From Gammaproteobacteria bacterium (GTDB lineage: Bacteria; Pseudomonadota; Gammaproteobacteria; Steroidobacterales; Foliamicaceae): a stretch of DNA of 64,000 nucleotides. The stretch is taken from NCBI GenBank assembly GCA_965213995.1, contig OZ243929.1, positions 385,807 through 449,806 on the forward strand, read 5' to 3'. Position 1 is the first letter of the stretch; every line of letters starts with the position of its first letter. The notes beneath the pieces are model-generated. The model saw only the letters and a program-made list of their open reading frames with translations, did no database searches and was not told the DNA's origin. This document shows, one piece after another, positions 62,617-64,000 of the stretch. The position numbers and the translations under genes were made by a program.

Positions 62617-63423
62617 ATGTATTCCTTGATGATTCCTCAACAAAAATCCGGCAAGCCGCGCTACGTTGTCCTCTCGGACGCGCTTCGCGACGGTATTCGC
62701 GCAGGCAAATGGACGGCGGGGGACTTGCTGCCCAGCGAAGCCCAGCTATGCCGGCAGTTCGGCGTCAGCCGGGGCACGGCGGTCAAAGCCATTGACGTGC
62801 TGCTGGCCCAAGGTCTTCTGCAACGCCGCCAAGGCGTGGGAACTTTCGTTTCCCGGCCCGCCCTGCACCGGTCCCCCGGCTACCTGCGCGGCTTTTCGGA
62901 AACCGTTCGCCGCCAAGGGCGGGTTCCCGCCCACCGTCTGATCGGGCAGCGGCAGCTGGACCGCAACGAGGCCCTGCAGTTCGGCTGCGATGAGCCCGCG
63001 CTGCTTCTTGAGCGCATCCGACTGGTCGATGGCTTGCCGTGGGCCATCCATACGGCGCTGGTGCCCCTGCGCATCGCCGGCGGCGTTGCCGCATTGACAG
63101 GCCCGGCGAGCCGCGTGGCGGAAAGCGATTTTTCCTTGTACAGCGCCTTCGACGAGGCGGGGCTGGAAATCGACCATGCCGACGAACGCATCAACGTTCG
63201 CCTGGCCACCCGCAAGGAGGCGGAGCATCTGGGCATTGAGCGCCCTTCGGCGGTCATGCTTGTGCATCGCAAGAGTTTCGACAGCCGGGGCGATCTCATG
63301 GAACTGATCGAAGCCGTGTATCTCCAGGACTGCTACACCTATGATGCCCGCCTGGCGCGCTCCCACCCGGTGTCAGTGCTGCGCCAGGGCAGCGGGCGCA
63401 AGCCCTCGCGGCAGAACCTGTGA
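62617..63423 (+). CDS. GntR-family transcriptional regulator, HutC subfamily (wHTH + UTRA effector domain)
   Basis: LPSEAQLCRQFGVSRGTAVKAIDVLLAQGLLQRRQGVGTFV, then a UTRA-like C-terminal domain. Start chosen at ATG 62617 (the track's TTG start at 62578 lies inside the palindrome). Confidence 0.85.
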   Translation: MYSLMIPQQKSGKPRYVVLSDALRDGIRAGKWTAGDLLPSEAQLCRQFGVSRGTAVKAIDVLLAQGLLQRRQGVGTFVSRPALHRSPGYLRGFSETVRRQGRVPAHRLIGQRQLDRNEALQFGCDEPALLLERIRLVDGLPWAIHTALVPLRIAGGVAALTGPASRVAESDFSLYSAFDEAGLEIDHADERINVRLATRKEAEHLGIERPSAVMLVHRKSFDSRGDLMELIEAVYLQDCYTYDARLARSHPVSVLRQGSGRKPSRQNL

Positions 63424-63995
63424 GCGGGCATCCGGGCAACGGCGCTGCCGCCGCGCTGCTGTTGATCGACGTGCAGAATTCGTTTTTCCACAAAGCGGGG
63501 CGGAACTACTATCCGCAAAGCGCCGAGGCGCTTCCGGCCTTGCGGCAGCTGCTGCAAGCTGCGCGCCAAGCGAAGCGTCCGGTTATTTTCGCCGCTGAGC
63601 GCCACCGGGCCGGACTGGACGATTTCGAGGCCGCAAAACTGCCCCGGCATTGCGTGGCGGGCGAGTTCGACGCTGAGCTGGTGGAAGGCTTCGGCCCGCA
63701 GGCTCCTAGGGAAATCCTGCTTCCAAAGCGGCGCATGAGCGCCTTTCATGCCACCGATCTGGATTTGCTGCTAAGGGAGCTTCGGATTGGCGCGCTCATC
63801 ATCGGCGGCGTGAAAACCAATGTGTGCGTTCGCGCCACCGTCCAGGACGGCTTCTCGCTTGGCTACCGCTGCCACGTGGTGCGCGAGGCCGTGAATTCCA
63901 ACCGCAGGCGCCTTGCGGAAGCCTCGCTCGAGGATATTGACCGCTATCTGGGCTGGATCGTCACGCTGGAGGACGGGCTGAGGATGCTGGCATGA
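63420..63995 (+). CDS. Isochorismatase-family cysteine hydrolase
   Basis: AALLLIDVQNSFF (catalytic Asp), ..ERHR.., and GGVKTNVCVRATVQDG (catalytic Cys). The GTG start overlaps the GntR stop (GTGA). Confidence 0.85.
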   Translation: MSGHPGNGAAAALLLIDVQNSFFHKAGRNYYPQSAEALPALRQLLQAARQAKRPVIFAAERHRAGLDDFEAAKLPRHCVAGEFDAELVEGFGPQAPREILLPKRRMSAFHATDLDLLLRELRIGALIIGGVKTNVCVRATVQDGFSLGYRCHVVREAVNSNRRRLAEASLEDIDRYLGWIVTLEDGLRMLA

Positions 63996-64000
63996 GGCAG

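Noticed and set aside
63992-64000. ATG overlapping the isochorismatase-like stop (ATGA) at the window edge
   Set aside because: Only three codons are visible, too little to call a gene.

Overview
This is a high-G+C, Gammaproteobacteria-like chromosomal segment. I recognised no rRNA, tRNA, CRISPR array or transposase in it. Layout: (i) 1-2103 is a decayed type I R-M corner with a HATPase_c_4 protein fragment and an hsdR remnant that has lost its helicase core. (ii) 2208-14671 is a housekeeping block: MscS-family channel, comEA-like, then lapB-lapA-ihfB-rpsA-cmk-aroA-serA-serC-gyrA on the minus strand. (iii) 14903-27663 holds accessory envelope genes. These are a TonB-dependent receptor, two orphan secreted proteins in a visibly lower-G+C patch (one interrupted by an in-frame TAG), a DUF4143 AAA ATPase, two convergent TlpA-like thioredoxin lipoproteins, a cadherin/FG-GAP/ASPIC (CRTAC1-like) lipoprotein, and an acyl-CoA dehydrogenase that looks 5'-shortened. 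(iv) 27696-43784 is the most interesting region. It has a tightly coupled four-gene operon: SixA-type phosphatase, MotA/ExbB-like channel, FHA protein with a degenerate Hsp70-like N-domain, and an ExbD/MotB-type TM + coiled coil + vWA protein. It also has a six-gene operon: Hanks Ser/Thr kinase, FHA-like/5xPEGA/FGE-domain protein, two lipoproteins, a small TM ORF and an acidic secreted protein. The two operons bracket ppk-ppx. The domain vocabulary recalls the T6SS threonine-phosphorylation pathway, but no T6SS structural genes are present and a stator-like pair stands in their place. I do not recognise this as a characterised system. (v) 43867-52597 holds a Thr/Ser dehydratase-like gene, dadA-like, and a di-haem peroxidase/TonB-dependent receptor/exbB-exbD-exbD-tonB cluster. 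(vi) 53541-55615 is a lower-G+C type II R-M islet. (vii) 55715-63995 is a HutC-type-regulated uptake/catabolic locus. Two copies of a structured ~105-nt intergenic repeat (26434-26580 and 60089-60194) show compensatory changes in their stem arms. All homology calls are from reading the translations and from memory of family motifs; no database search was run.
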